Shown here: positions 36,754 through 49,185 of the stretch, piece by piece
Position numbering within the stretch: the stretch's first letter is position 1
How the letters are laid out: each line of letters opens with the position of its first letter
The notes under the pieces: model-generated
Seen by the model: only the letters and a program-made list of their open reading frames with translations
The model's database searches: none
What the model was told of the DNA's origin: nothing
Made by a program: the position numbers and the translations under genes
NCBI GenBank assembly: GCA_024679065.1
Contig: JAGIQG010000018.1
Span: 9,486,001-9,550,000 of the forward strand
Direction of reading: 5' to 3'
Source: Sphyrna mokarran
Taxonomy: Eukaryota
Length of the DNA: 64,000 nucleotides

Positions 36754-36914
36754 GCGTCACCTCCCGCTGGCATACAAAAAAGCTGCCACGGAAGACCCAC
36801 AAAGGGCTGCGAAAGGTGGCTTGCATCGGGGCCTGGCATCCAGCTCGAGTTGGATTTACAATAGCCCGTACAGGACAAAAAGGTTACTTCCACCGTACTG
36901 AGGTCAATAAGAAG
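36754..36914 (+). CDS. RPL3L: RPL3L exon 6
   Basis: ttgcag|GC GTC; encodes [53 protein letters not shown]; KTHKG and ARVG are RPL3L-type. Confidence 0.96.
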
Positions 36915-39155
36915 GTATAGTTCAAACACACTGGGCAGGTGTGTCTTAGGGATTTATCCCAACTCCTCTGTTGCCTTAGGTTGTCAGAGGTATCATAATA
37001 TTCAGTTGCATCATGAAGCAAAAGGCTCAGTTTGAAGGTAGAGGTGCACGTGGGTATGCAATTCACTCTGTAAAAGCAGAGCATTAATCAGTTTGGGCTG
37101 AAGTACAGTTTCTACACAAAGACTGACCTCCGATCAAATAATTTGACCCTAGGTTGGCTGACTCGCTGTTGACTATTTCTTTCCATCAGTGCCATCATCC
37201 AAACACTTATAGTCAATCACAGTTGCTTCAGAAATCATATAATATTTTGGTTTCAGTTGAATTCATTCATATTTTGTTTATGAGACTGGGACATGTCACG
37301 TTTACTATTGAATCTTGTCATATGTCGGGGCAACCTATTACCAAAATGAAATGATTTCCGGCACAGACTAAGAGTAATTCGATTTAGGAATTCTAGGCCT
37401 CGTGGGATGAGATTCCCTTCATTTTTGATACTTTGTTGGCAAATTATAAATTCTAAACTGTGTTATAACCCACACTAGACAGAGGAAATCTGTCCTTATC
37501 CAATACGGAAGACTCTGCATGTTCCCAGAGTTCCATTCAGGATCAGACATGGGATTCCATATTTCACTAAAAGCGAGGTTGCCGGGGCTCCATTGGCCTG
37601 AACTTGCAGCCTGAACTTTACCAGGATCCACGGGGACACTGCAGGCCTTCCCTCGCTCAAAGAGGAGGAGATAAAGAGACAATTTTAAACCTGTAGCCTG
37701 ACAAAATAAAAGATTTATGGGTTGGATTTCTATTTGGGGTGGAATTGATCATGGGAAGTGGATCAGATGGGATTTCTGTCTGCTGTCCCAAGCCTCCTTT
37801 GAACATACTCTTGATCCTTGCTTGTTCTTAATTAAGGTGTAGGGTAGAGACCCAAATTAAACTCCGCCACGCAAACAGAGTCTGTCACTTTAAGAAAGCA
37901 GAATCCAGTGGTCGTGTAGCGTGGCTCCCACTTCAATGCCAAATGGATGTAGGAGGCAGTGGTAAAATGGTCCTTTACAATCTCTGGCCACTGACACCTT
38001 GGGCAAACCCTCTGGTCATTTTATTTGGTTGGGCTACAGATTTAACCTTGTCTCTTTACCTCCTTGTCTTTGACAGAGGGAAGTCCCACTCTCCATTAAT
38101 TATTGATGGACATGCTGATTTTCCCTTAAAAACTGAATTGATGTGAAACAAAGATTGTTTTAATACCCATCCATAGTTACCATGAGAAGGGTGAATCAGA
38201 AACCTGCATACGTTTGTTAGAGTGTGAAGAAGAATAATAATTACTTTCAATACTGCTCTGTAGACAAACAGGGCAGCCAATTTTGTACTCAGCAAAATCC
38301 AGAATTCAGAAGTGAGACAGTTTTTGATAGTGTTCTTAAGGGAGGGAGTTGGTCTGAATATGGTGAGATCGTCTTACTTTGAATCCCTACAGTGCAGAAG
38401 GAGGCCATTTGGCCCCCATTGAGCCTACACCGGCAATAATCCCACCCCAGGCTCTATCCTCATAACCCTACATATTTACCTTTACCCTGCTAGTCCCCCT
38501 GACACTAAAGGGCAATTTAGCATGGTCAATCCATCCAACGCACACATATTGAGGAGTGTAGGAGGAAATGGTAGCGCCCAGAGGAAACTCATGCAGACAC
38601 AGAGAGAACATGCAAAGCTCCACACAGACAGTGGCCTGAGGCCAGAATTGAACCTGGGTCCCTGGCTGTGTGAGTTAGCAGTGCTAAACACTGTGCCACT
38701 GTGCTGCCCATCATGCCTGGAGTTGGGGGGGAGGGGAGCGCTCCCTTTAACTCCATGCAAATAGTAAGGTGGATAGAGGCATTATGGCTGGGTGGGTTGT
38801 ATCCCTGTCTCTCAGCCAGAAGTTCAAGTCACATTCCAAGATTTGTTAGCCACAGGAGGAGCGTTCATGATGTGGCCAAATGGGTAATCAATGTGCTAAT
38901 CCTTTCAACATGCACACGGCATGAGGTAAGGACAGGAAAGATTGCAGATCAGTCATTCTTAATGTGAATCGGTGCTCTCAAGCACTTACCCTTCTCAAAC
39001 AGAGAGAGGTGCGTACAGACATTTGTGAACGAATTATGGATGAATGGAAGAGTTGGAGCTAGGTCTTGGTTGAATAAAAGACTGCTGAATGTCTGCCTGA
39101 CTATAAGGGACATTGTAAAAAAGTGCTTGATTATTTTTCTCCTGATCCACGTCAG

Positions 39156-39257
39156 ATATATCGTGTTGGACGAGGTATCCACATTGAAGATGGTAAATTA
39201 GTGAAAAATAATGCGTCCACTCAATATGACTTGACGAATAAAAGCATCACACCAATG
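39156..39257 (+). CDS. RPL3L: RPL3L exon 7
   Basis: gtcag|ATA; encodes [34 protein letters not shown]; donor gtgagt. Confidence 0.96.
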
Positions 39258-39453
39258 GTGAGTCAGTATGAACTATCTCACTTGGAAGGTGGCAGGTAAC
39301 TACAAAGTGAATCAGGTTTGGTAAAACGCTGCCCTCGTAGGTAATTCCGAGCTCTTTACTCAAACCACTGTTTCTCAGCAAGGTGGTCTCTGAAAATGGT
39401 TGACCACTGACAGTGATTTCATGGGGCTGGAACACGTCACTTGCTATTAGTGG

Positions 39454-39613
39454 NNNNNNNNNNNNNNNNNNNNNNNNNNNNNNNNNNNNNNNNNNNNNNN
39501 NNNNNNNNNNNNNNNNNNNNNNNNNNNNNNNNNNNNNNNNNNNNNNNNNNNNNNNNNNNNNNNNNNNNNNNNNNNNNNNNNNNNNNNNNNNNNNNNNNNN
39601 NNNNNNNNNNNNN
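39454..39613. other. Assembly gap (160 N) in RPL3L intron 7
   Basis: Run of N. Confidence 1.
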
Positions 39614-41426
39614 AATTACAGATATCACATTCCACGTAAGATACAATGAGGATTCCAGATGGGTAGTCAGATTCCCATGGCTGGAATTTTACCATCCCGT
39701 CCACCATGGGAATCGGAGCCACGGGCGAGGGATGGACAATAAGGAGGTCCGTTGACCTTGGGCTTTTATGGTTTCGGGATGAATGAGACCATAAAATCCC
39801 ATCCCACATCCCCGGACACTAGCAATACAATGATATTAATGTGCAGGTGTGTATTAACAAACAGTATATATAGATCGTATGTGAAGTCATTAATGTAAAA
39901 GCATGCTCAAATTAATGGCTTAAAATTTGCTATTTTTAAGAGTAAAACAAGTAGTCTGCATTAAGTGAATAGACAAAGAGATATGGTCTATTAAACTGTC
40001 AGTAATTAACCTGAGTTTCCTTTATCTTCAGCTGGAGATCTTAAACTAAAGATTCTGTTGTTTGCATCAATTCCAACAAGACACTCTCAAGCCTAACCAT
40101 CTCCCCTTGTCTTTCAATGGCATTACCATAGCTAAATTCCCATTATCACCATTAATTAGAAACTGAACTGGAGCAGCCATATAAATATGGTAGTTATTAG
40201 AGCAAAGACTGGGACTCCAGTTATGAGTAACTCACCATCTGGCTCCCAAAAGCTTGTTTGCCATCTACACTGGGATAAGTCAGGAGTGTGAAAGGATACT
40301 CTCCACTTACCTGGATAAGTACAGCTCCAACAACACAGGAAGTTTAACACCATCCAAGTAAAGCAAGCCATTTGCTTCGCACCCCATCATCACCTTGAAC
40401 ATCCACTCACTTCACTGCGACACTCAGTAGCAGCAGTGTGTACCATCTACAAGATACGCTGCGGTAACTCATCAAGGCTTCTTCAATAACTCTGATTTCC
40501 ACAGCCTAGGACAGGGGAAATAGGTGCATGGATTGGATCCCACCATTGAACACCACCATTAGCAGGCTCCCCTCAAAGTGATACACATTATTGAGTTGAA
40601 ATTATATCACCGTTCCTTCACTGTCACTGGGCTAAAATCCTGAAACTCCCCCCCTAACAGCACTGTGGGTGTACCTACACCATGTGGCACAGTGAAACAG
40701 TGTTTCTCACTGTCATCTCAGAGCATCAGGACTCCTGGCTTGGGTCACTGTCTGTGTGGAGTCTGCACATTCTCCCCGTGGGAAACCTGCATAGGTTTCC
40801 TCCGGGTGCTCCGGTTTCCTCCCACAATCTGAAAGACGACCTGGTTAAATGCATTGGGCATGCAAATTTCTCTCTTAGTGTACCCAAACATGTTTGTGTG
40901 GCAACTAGGGGATTTTCACAGTAACTTCATTGCAGTGTTAATGTAACCCTAATTGTGACAGATTAAGGAAAATTAGAATTGGGTAACAAACGCTGGCCTT
41001 GCCAGCAACACTCTCATCCCATGAAAGATATATATTTTCACATATAGTTGCAAAGTACAACTTCCCCAAACGCAGTTGGACATCATATACTGGACCAATC
41101 TGATGCTTTTCAATTTTCCGTCCCTACCTCTCATTATATTCCATAATCGAGCATCTCCCCTCAAAGGGGGACTATCTTCTCTGTTTGACATATCCTTTGT
41201 TTTACAAAATTGCTAAGATTGGAAACTCACCACCTACTTCACTCATGTTCTTTAGAGAAGAGGTAATTTGCCATCCTTATTTGCTATGGTTCCAGACTTT
41301 GTAATTGGCACTTTGGCACGACATAGGAATGGTTAGTAAATATTGGCTTGCTTTGGTGTGGCATGGTGGTTAGCACTGCTGCCTCACAGCACCAAGGACC
41401 CGGATCCAATTCTGGACACGGATTAC

Positions 41427-41536
41427 TGTCTGTGTTCTCCCCCTGTCTGTGTTCTCCCCCTGTCTGTGTTCTCCCCCTGTCTGTGTTCTCCCCCTGTCTG
41501 TGTTCTCCCCCTGTCTGTGTTCTCCCCCTGTCTGTG
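41427..41536 (+). repeat. 17-bp tandem repeat (6 copies plus a partial) inside a SINE core
   Basis: TGTCTGTGTTCTCCCCC at 41427, 41444, 41461, 41478, 41495 and 41512. Confidence 0.92.
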
Positions 41537-42751
41537 TGGGTTTCCTCTGGGTGCTCCACTTTTCTCCCAAAGTCCAAAAGGTGTGCGGATAAGCAGGATT
41601 GGCCATGCTGAACTGCCCCTTAGTGTTGGAGGACAAGCAAGGTAAATACAGGGAGGGGGGGGATGAGATACGAATATAGAGCCTGGGTAGGATTGTGATC
41701 AGTATAGACTCAATGGGCCGAACGGCCTTCTTCTGCGCTGTAGGGATTCTATGATTCTATATTCTGGTGACAAACAGAAAACACTTGTGGGGGAGGAGAA
41801 TAAAGATGGAAATCTGCTTCTTACTGACTCAGTAATCCATCTTTATAATGGTTATAATGAAATGTAACTGAAATTCTGTTTAAAGGGAATGAATATTTAA
41901 GATAAACATTTAGTTTTCAAATGTTCAGCTCATTGAAAGCCTCTTTAATGCTAAATTAAATGCAATAGTGACTCTTTAGTGTGCCAGTCATGTTTGTAAG
42001 AACCTATTTGCATTACCTTATGCTCTACTGAGTGACTGATTCATTTACTGCACGTGTAATTCAACCAATGAGTAGTTGCAAGTTAGATTTGATGAACTGC
42101 ACTGTATAGAAACACTTACACAATCCAATTATCTTCAAGTTTATTTAAATTTAACATCAATCTTCAAGTAGCAAAGCCCATGTGCAGAGCTGACAGGGCA
42201 AGCCCTTAATCCATTCATAGAATCACTACAGTGCAGAAGGAGCCATTGACCCTACACTGACAACAATCCCACTTAGACCCTATTCCCAAAGGACTCAACA
42301 TTTACCCCACTAATCTGTCTAATCTACACATCCCAGGACACTAAGGGGAAAATTAACGTGGCCAATGCACCTAAACCGCACATCTTTGGAGTGTGGGAGA
42401 AAATTGGAGCACCTGGAGGAAACCCACGCAGACACAGGGAGAACGTGCAAACTCCACACACAAAGTCGCCCAAGCCAGGAATTGAACCCAGGTCCCTGAA
42501 GCTGTGAGGCAGCAGCACTAACGACTGTGCCACTGTACCATCCATTCCTTGCTTGCTCTAAAAGCCAATTAAAATTGAGTCTAATTTATCATCCCCATAA
42601 CAGACATTCAAGCCAACAGGGAAAAGGTATTGCATCTCATTGTGGGTTTGATCCAATGACATTTGATCTTAACCAGCTGGAGTTATTTGATAATTCTTGT
42701 GTTATGGTATAAAAAGGATGTTAATCCAGTCAATCTTTTTTTGTGTTTCAG

Positions 42752-42847
42752 GGTGGTTTTCCACATTACGGTGAAGTGAATAATGACTATGTTATGGTAA
42801 AAGGCTGTATCGTTGGAACAAAGAAGCGTGTAGTTGCACTCAGAAAG
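42752..42847 (+). CDS. RPL3L: RPL3L exon 8
   Basis: tttcag|GGT; encodes [32 protein letters not shown]; donor gtacag. Confidence 0.96.
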
Positions 42848-43182
42848 GTACAGCAACATGTCAGGGAGGTTGTCATTTCTAACTTTGCTGGCTCATTTGA
42901 AATATCTGGCAGGAGATAATGTTTTATCCTTAAGTGTTGAATAATAGTTATATTAAAAAAAATCTGGAATTAGGAATCCACTGGTGACCATGAAACCACT
43001 GTCAACATAAAGAAAAACCCATCTGGTTCACTTATGTCCTTTAGGGAAGGAAATCTGCCATCCTTATCCGGTCTGGCCTACATGTGACTCCAGACCCACA
43101 GCAATGTGGTTGACTCTCAACTGCCCTTGTGCAACTAAGATTGGGCAATAAATGCTGGCCAGCCAGCATTGCCATGTCCCAC

Positions 43183-43409
43183 TGTAATAAATCCTCAGAG
43201 GCAGAATCCTTTCACCAAAATGCCTTTATTTACAGCTCTGATAACAGCACACAGGGGTGCTTTCAGTGAGCAGTTTACACTCGGAGTCCCAGAGGGGCTG
43301 ACATGCCTGGTTAAATAGAGACTCCCTGATTAACCCATCAATTTGGCTCCTAATCAGGGAGTTCATTTTCCAACAGGTCCACCTCGATTGCCTGATTAAA
43401 GCCGTTACA
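43183..43409 (-). mobile_element. Solo LTR (227 bp) inserted in a LINE tail
   Basis: TGTAA...TTACA inverted termini; flanks ccac/ccat (4-bp TSD with one mismatch); AATAAA on the minus strand. Confidence 0.65.
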
Positions 43410-43992
43410 CCATAAATGTATAAAAAATAAATAAAAATAACTCAGGTGCAAAGGGTAGCCTTGAAGCTGGATTGGGTTAGAGTTAGTATTGGGACAAGAT
43501 CCTTTATTATTTAAGCTGCTGGCAGTGAGTGGGACTGGGGGAAGGACAATGGCAAACGTTCAAACGTAGAAGTTTCTATGTGCTTGCGTAATATTAAGGA
43601 GCTGTAATCACTAAGGCAAATGCTGTAACTCTGCCCTGGAATGAGAGCCGGCTACATTTGAATGGGATTTTTACATATATGAAGTAAGACAGTGCATTTA
43701 ATCGGAGCAAATTTATATCCAGAAGCCAAACTTCAAGTTGCCTTGGCAACATTGGAGGTGACTTTATGAAAATCTCTTAATCAACATCCCAAGCGGTGAA
43801 ATAGCTGGCAAAATGTCGTGGCTGGAAGTCTGTTTCCAGTGCAGGAGGGATTGAGAGTAGTCTCTGAAAAATTGCAAGTTGGTTGATTGCATGTTATTTC
43901 CCCCTGTTAACAATAATTAAGATTGCACCGTGTCACACAATCATTCTGCTGAAAGCACCCATTCAGGGTTGCTGTCTGGTTTTCTTTTACAG

Positions 43993-44112
43993 TCCCTTCT
44001 GGTCCACACCAAACGGACGGCCGTGGAAGAAATCGAGCTCAAATTTATCGACACAACCTCCAAATTTGGCTACGGACGCTTCCAGACAGCCGAGGAGAAG
44101 AGAGCTTTCATG
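43993..44112 (+). CDS. RPL3L: RPL3L exon 9
   Basis: ttacag|TCC; encodes [40 protein letters not shown]; donor gtaggg. Confidence 0.96.
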
Positions 44113-46341
44113 GTAGGGTTACCGAAAAAGAGAAGGCGAATGCCCGGGGGATAGGTTTTGACACTTTGTGATAGTGTGAAGCGGCTAATATTGAGTTTTG
44201 GCAGTTCCTGTTACATCCCTCTCTTGATTTCTGATTGAGATCAGCGGCGACGTACAGGAGCTACCCCAACCTGGAGCTGTCCATTTTACACTGCCTGATA
44301 AAGCCTACATGGTAGGTGATTGCAGAGGTGGCGGGTACGAGATAGAGTGGTGGTGTAGCTTAATGGGAATAGAGGTGTTGTGGAGTGCAGAAAACAAAAT
44401 CCAAGAATTAAAACAACTGTCAAGACGCAACTTCACTAAAGCAATGCAAAATCTATTCTGTAAATTTCAAATGCATTTATCCATAATATCTTTTTGAATG
44501 CGTGTTGGTAACTGGTACATGTTGATAATTCAGCTGGTCTGACCTCACTGAGTTTGGAACATAAGAGCAGAAACAAGTCTTCCAGCTCCTTTTCTTGCAT
44601 TCAGTCATGTTATTTGATTCCACATATCTGATGTTGTTCCATAACCCACGATATCTCTGGTTGACAAATGCTTATTAATATCAAACTAGCATTCAGAATC
44701 GATCGAGCATCAGTTGCCATTTGTGAGAGATTCAAACTGATCCCGCTCTTTCCACGTTGATGTGTTTCCTGAAATATCTACAGGTGGGATTTTCCGGCTG
44801 TCCCAGGGCTGAAAAATCCCACCCGATGTCGATGAACTTTTGCATGCTCCACAATTCCTGTGCCGGGCGGGATAGAAAAATTCCATCACTGGACTTTAAT
44901 TATATAGAATCAAAGAATGCTACAGTGCAGAAGGAGGCCATTCAGCCCATCGAGTCTGCACCGACCACAATCCCGCCCAGGCCCTATCCCTGTCACCGCA
45001 TATATTTATCCTAGCTAGTCCCCCTGACACTAAGGGGCGAATTAGCATGGCCAGTCCATCTATTTGGACTGTGGGAGGAAACCGGAGGAAACCCACGCAG
45101 ACATGGAGAGAACATGCAAACTCCATACAAGCAGTGACCCAAGCCAGGAATTGAACCCGGGTGCCAGGCGCTGTGAAATAGTACTGCTAACCACTGTGCC
45201 ACCATGCCGCTTCCCAGCTCTAGACTCTCCAACCAGCAGAGTTGATTGCCTCCCATCTTGGGGCAGGATTCTCTGAGCTCACTGCAAGTGAGAATGGAAA
45301 ACTTGGCAAAACTCCATGCGCTTCCAGAGGCACTGGACAATCCCAGCAGCAGATGAGATCAGAGGTTTATAGCACCGGAAAACGTTTTTCAAATCGCATT
45401 TTAACCTTCTGAATTCTAGGGACTAATTTCTTCTAATTTAATCCTGGGAATGATTCCGACCAATCTACACTGCACTCTCTCCAAGATCAGTATCTCCTTC
45501 CATAGCTTTGTCATTTGGAACTGCATTCACGGTATTCCCAGTGTGGACTAACTAGGACTTTGAGTAGCTGAATCATGACTTTTCTCCCCCCTCCCACTTG
45601 TGTCCTTGTCCTCTAGATATAAAAGACAGCATTCATTATTCCTTTATTCCTTATTTCATTATCCCTTATCCCACAGTGGTTAGCACTGCTGCCTCATAGC
45701 GATAGTTTCCTGAGTTCAATTCTTGCCTTGGGTCACTGTCTGCGCGAAGTCTGCATGTTCTCCCTGTGTCTATACAGGTTTCCTCCTGGTGTTCCAGTTC
45801 CTCCCACAGTCTGAAAGACATGCTGGTTAGGTGGATTAGTGGGGTAAATATGTGGGGTTATAGGGAGAGTGCAGAGGATGAGTCGGGGAAGTTGCTCTGT
45901 TGGAGAGTCAATACAGACTTGATGGGCCGAATGGTCTGCTTCTGCATTTTAGGGATTCTATCCTATTCTGTTGACTATTTTCCGTACCTGTTCTCTACAG
46001 TTTAATGGTGCACGCACCTCACCTCCCCAAGTCCCTTTGAGCCTTCGATCTTTCTAGCCTCACACCATTTAGAAAAAATTCAGTTCCATGCTCTTTAGAA
46101 CAAAAATGGACAACCTCACTTTATCTACGTTGAAAACCATTTACCGCAGTGCTGTCCTCACTTAATGTATTTAATTCCCATTGACGACACCCCACACCGT
46201 CGAGAAACCCACAGGCCTGGATGTACCACTGGAGGGACTGGAAAATCCCGCTGGCATGAAAGGCCAGAGAATTCCAGCTCTTAAGGCAACTCCAGTTTCC
46301 CATTCCCGAAGCAAAAATTCAGCCCCGCAATCTGGATGATA

Positions 46342-46455
46342 TCACTCACCCGATGAAGGAGCAGTGCTCTGAAAGCTCGTGATTGCAAATAAACCTGTTG
46401 GACTTTAACTTGGTGTTGTGAGACTTCTTACCATGCCTACCCCAGTCCAACGCCA
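46342..46455 (+). mobile_element. Penelope-like terminal fragment with hammerhead-like core and 14-bp TSD
   Basis: CCGATGA-A-GGAGC-AGT-GCTCT-GAAA at 46350-46374; CAATCTGGATGATA at 46328-46341 and 46456-46469. Confidence 0.75.
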
Positions 46456-46555
46456 CAATCTGGATGATAGTTTTGAAGACAAGTTAATTGTGTAGATTGG
46501 AAATTGGAATAGGACAAATATCATCTTAAATTCTATCATTCTTGTCTTTATTCAG

Positions 46556-46612
46556 GGGCCACTCAAGAAAGATCGCATTCAAGCGAAGGCCAGTGTCCTG
46601 GCTGATTCGTAA
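46556..46612 (+). CDS. RPL3L: RPL3L exon 10 (spliced CDS 1224 nt, 407 aa)
   Basis: attcag|GGG; encodes GPLKKDRIQAKASVLADS*; AATAAA at 46665-46670. Confidence 0.95.
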   Translation, partial: GPLKKDRIQAKASVLADS

Positions 46613-46664
46613 CAGCTAAAGATATGAAGGGGATTGTTTGTGTTGTGTTGTTTATCAAGCTGAT

Positions 46665-46670
46665 AATAAA
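46665..46670 (+). terminator. RPL3L polyadenylation signal
   Basis: AATAAA 53 nt after the stop codon, followed by a T-rich downstream element. Confidence 0.8.
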
Positions 46671-47029
46671 GAGTAGTTGGATGCTCAAAATTTCTGTTCT
46701 TTTTTTTAAGTGACATTTTTCTCACCTTAGTGTGTGGCTGCGAGACTTCTACTCAAAAATTAAACAGGATTATACTTTATTCAGCCAATAATGATGAATT
46801 ATTCAGCAGCCCCGTATAGTTCCACTTTCTACAATAGGTAATTAGATGTGACATAAGGGGCAGGATTTTCCAGCCGCATTCGTCCCAAAGCCAGAAACTC
46901 CCCTCCCCCAGGTCAACGGACTTTTCCATGGTCTGTGTTCTGCCCGCTACGATTCCCGTGGTGGGAAAGACAGGAAAATTCTGGTGAAAGTGAGCTGAAG
47001 GAAACCCTGTGCAAAAGACTTTTGAATAT

Positions 47030-47450
47030 ACCTAGAAAAAGGATATGTTGCTGAAACCTTTCACCTTGTACTCATCAGGACAAATGCAGGAATGTCAAAT
47101 TTCAAATGATCATTACTGTTTATACTGAAGGAAGAAAGGGGACTGATGGGATGGCTGATTGGTTGAAGCATTGCCATGGTGAAATCAAAGGGGAACTAAA
47201 GGTTCCTCAAGCTCCCGGGTAATTCTATAGGGTGTAAAGCTTGAACATGTTACTTTTGCTTGCAGGGGATGATCCCTATTTGTGAATGTAAGTTGTTTCT
47301 AGACAGTGCAAATGGCCCACATTGTGAGCTCAACTGATTGTCTTAAATTGGTTATTAGTGTCACTATTAGCACACTCAGGATTGTTGAGCAAGTGCTGCC
47401 CGATCACAGAATCGCATCTAACAATAGATGCTTTGTTTTGGGTCAACCAT
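47030..47450 (-). mobile_element. Penelope-like repeat with CTGATGA...GAAA core; related copy at ~12700-12880
   Basis: Minus strand gtcCTGATGAgtacaaggtGAAA (47078-47059) and gtcCTGATGAgtgcagggtGAAA (12744-12725). Confidence 0.55.
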
Positions 47451-48513
47451 GTTAACCTGTTTATACACCACATGGCAAATCCACATCCACACTGCAGGGT
47501 AGCACGGTGGCACAGGAGTTAGCATGGTGTGGCCGATATTCTTGCCTTTTTGAACAGATCAACAATCTGTTTGATTCAATTGACCGATAGTTCGGCTGTA
47601 CAGCCTACATACCTGACATTGCACTGGCACATATTCAATGTTGCACAATTGTGGGATAGGTAGAATGTCTTTCTGGACTGACTGCAGCATTCGGTTGGTG
47701 GAAAATAACATACCTTGTCACTCTACATACTGGCTTGATTGTACTGTTCACATTTCTGAGATATTTTGCCTTTCCAGGGTAATTTAACTGGGTACTTTAT
47801 GGAATTCATTCAGTTGAGTAGAATATTACTTTACTAAAATGGGGCCATTAGATCACCCACAGAATGTGCTCAGAATGTAAACTGAGTCCCACAAGAAATA
47901 GTATAGCTCACAACTGATGATGCATTCATGTTGTAATTTGACTTCCAAGTACTCGCTTATCCTTGGGAGTTCTGCACTTCAGCAGCGTGTAGCTATGGTA
48001 ATATAGACAGCATACCAAGGTTTACGGATTAGGACAGCTGACGATGTGGGGGTATGAGACGGAGAGAGATGGTCAAGTGGAAACTGGATATGGCCTCTGT
48101 GCAAGTCCACAGCTATTGGTCAGCCCCAACTGAGAGGCCCAAAGACCACCTCGAAATTGATTCCCAGGCCTTATTGACGTGCTTTGCTAGTGCATCCGCT
48201 GGCAGCTCAGTACGTACAATATCAGGTTGCATCAAAAGACCCTGGTGGTGAGGCACAGGATGGAATTTGCAGCAGCAATAAAGAAGGACATAGGTAACTA
48301 TAAGGCCTTCAGAGTTAAGGCAGCACTCCTGCCCCCCTCGGCCTGATCGGTACATCTTTTAAAATTTTACATAATGTATCTTTGGGTGGCATTCACTGCT
48401 CGACCCCAACTCTAGCTCCTCTCAGTTGCAACGGTCTTCAGAACATTCCTGAGATCCCACAGTTATATATGTAAAAAGCTTAATAGCTGTTTTAAATAAT
48501 AGCAAATTGTTAC

Positions 48514-48666
48514 ATGGCACCTCCCGCGATATATGGTATCTCTAACCTACATGGTATCTCTGGCCCATACGGCACCCTCTGGTCTACATGGTACCTCTGG
48601 TTTATATGGTGCCAACCTCCTACATGGCATCCTCTGGCCTACACAGTATCTCTGGCCTATATGGCA
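48514..48666 (+). repeat. Degenerate ~18-bp tandem repeat
   Basis: About 8 units resembling ATGGTATCTCTGGCCTAC. Confidence 0.7.
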
Positions 48667-48699
48667 AAGCTTGGTTTGGGCATGATACAGGGATGATGC

Positions 48700-49185
48700 T
48701 AGTGGGGCCAGGGACAAAGGTTCGATTCCTGGCTTGGGTCCCTGTGCGAAGTACAGGTACTTCGGTCCGCCTTGTTGTCTAACAAGGGGCATACACGCGA
48801 TGGGTCGTGAGAGGGCTGCTCTTGGATCTTTTTTTTCGAGAGTATCCTAGTGCTTCATGTCGTTAGTGTACGCTTGACCTGGACCATCTGATGGGCAACA
48901 CGACAGCTCAGTGACTATCGCTGTGCTGTGCAGATACATGGATTTGGGCCTGTGTCTGTGGGAGTTTGCGCATTCTCCCCGTGCTTGCGTGGGTTTTCTC
49001 CGGGTGCTCCGCTTTCCTCCCACAGTCCAAAAGACGTGCTGGTTAGGTGCAGTGGCCACGTTCAATTCCCCCTCAGTGTACCCAAACAGGTGCTGGAGTG
49101 TGGCGACCAGGGGATTTTCATGTTACTTCATTACAGTGTTAATGAAATATTTGTGACACTAATAAATAAACTTTAAACTTTAAAA
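48700..49185 (+). mobile_element. Chimeric SINE containing ~200 nt of CR1 3'UTR
   Basis: SINE head (ggttcgattcctggcttgggtc), then 48752-49020 matching 18602-18870, then the SINE alternative tail ending aataaataaacttt. Confidence 0.85.
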
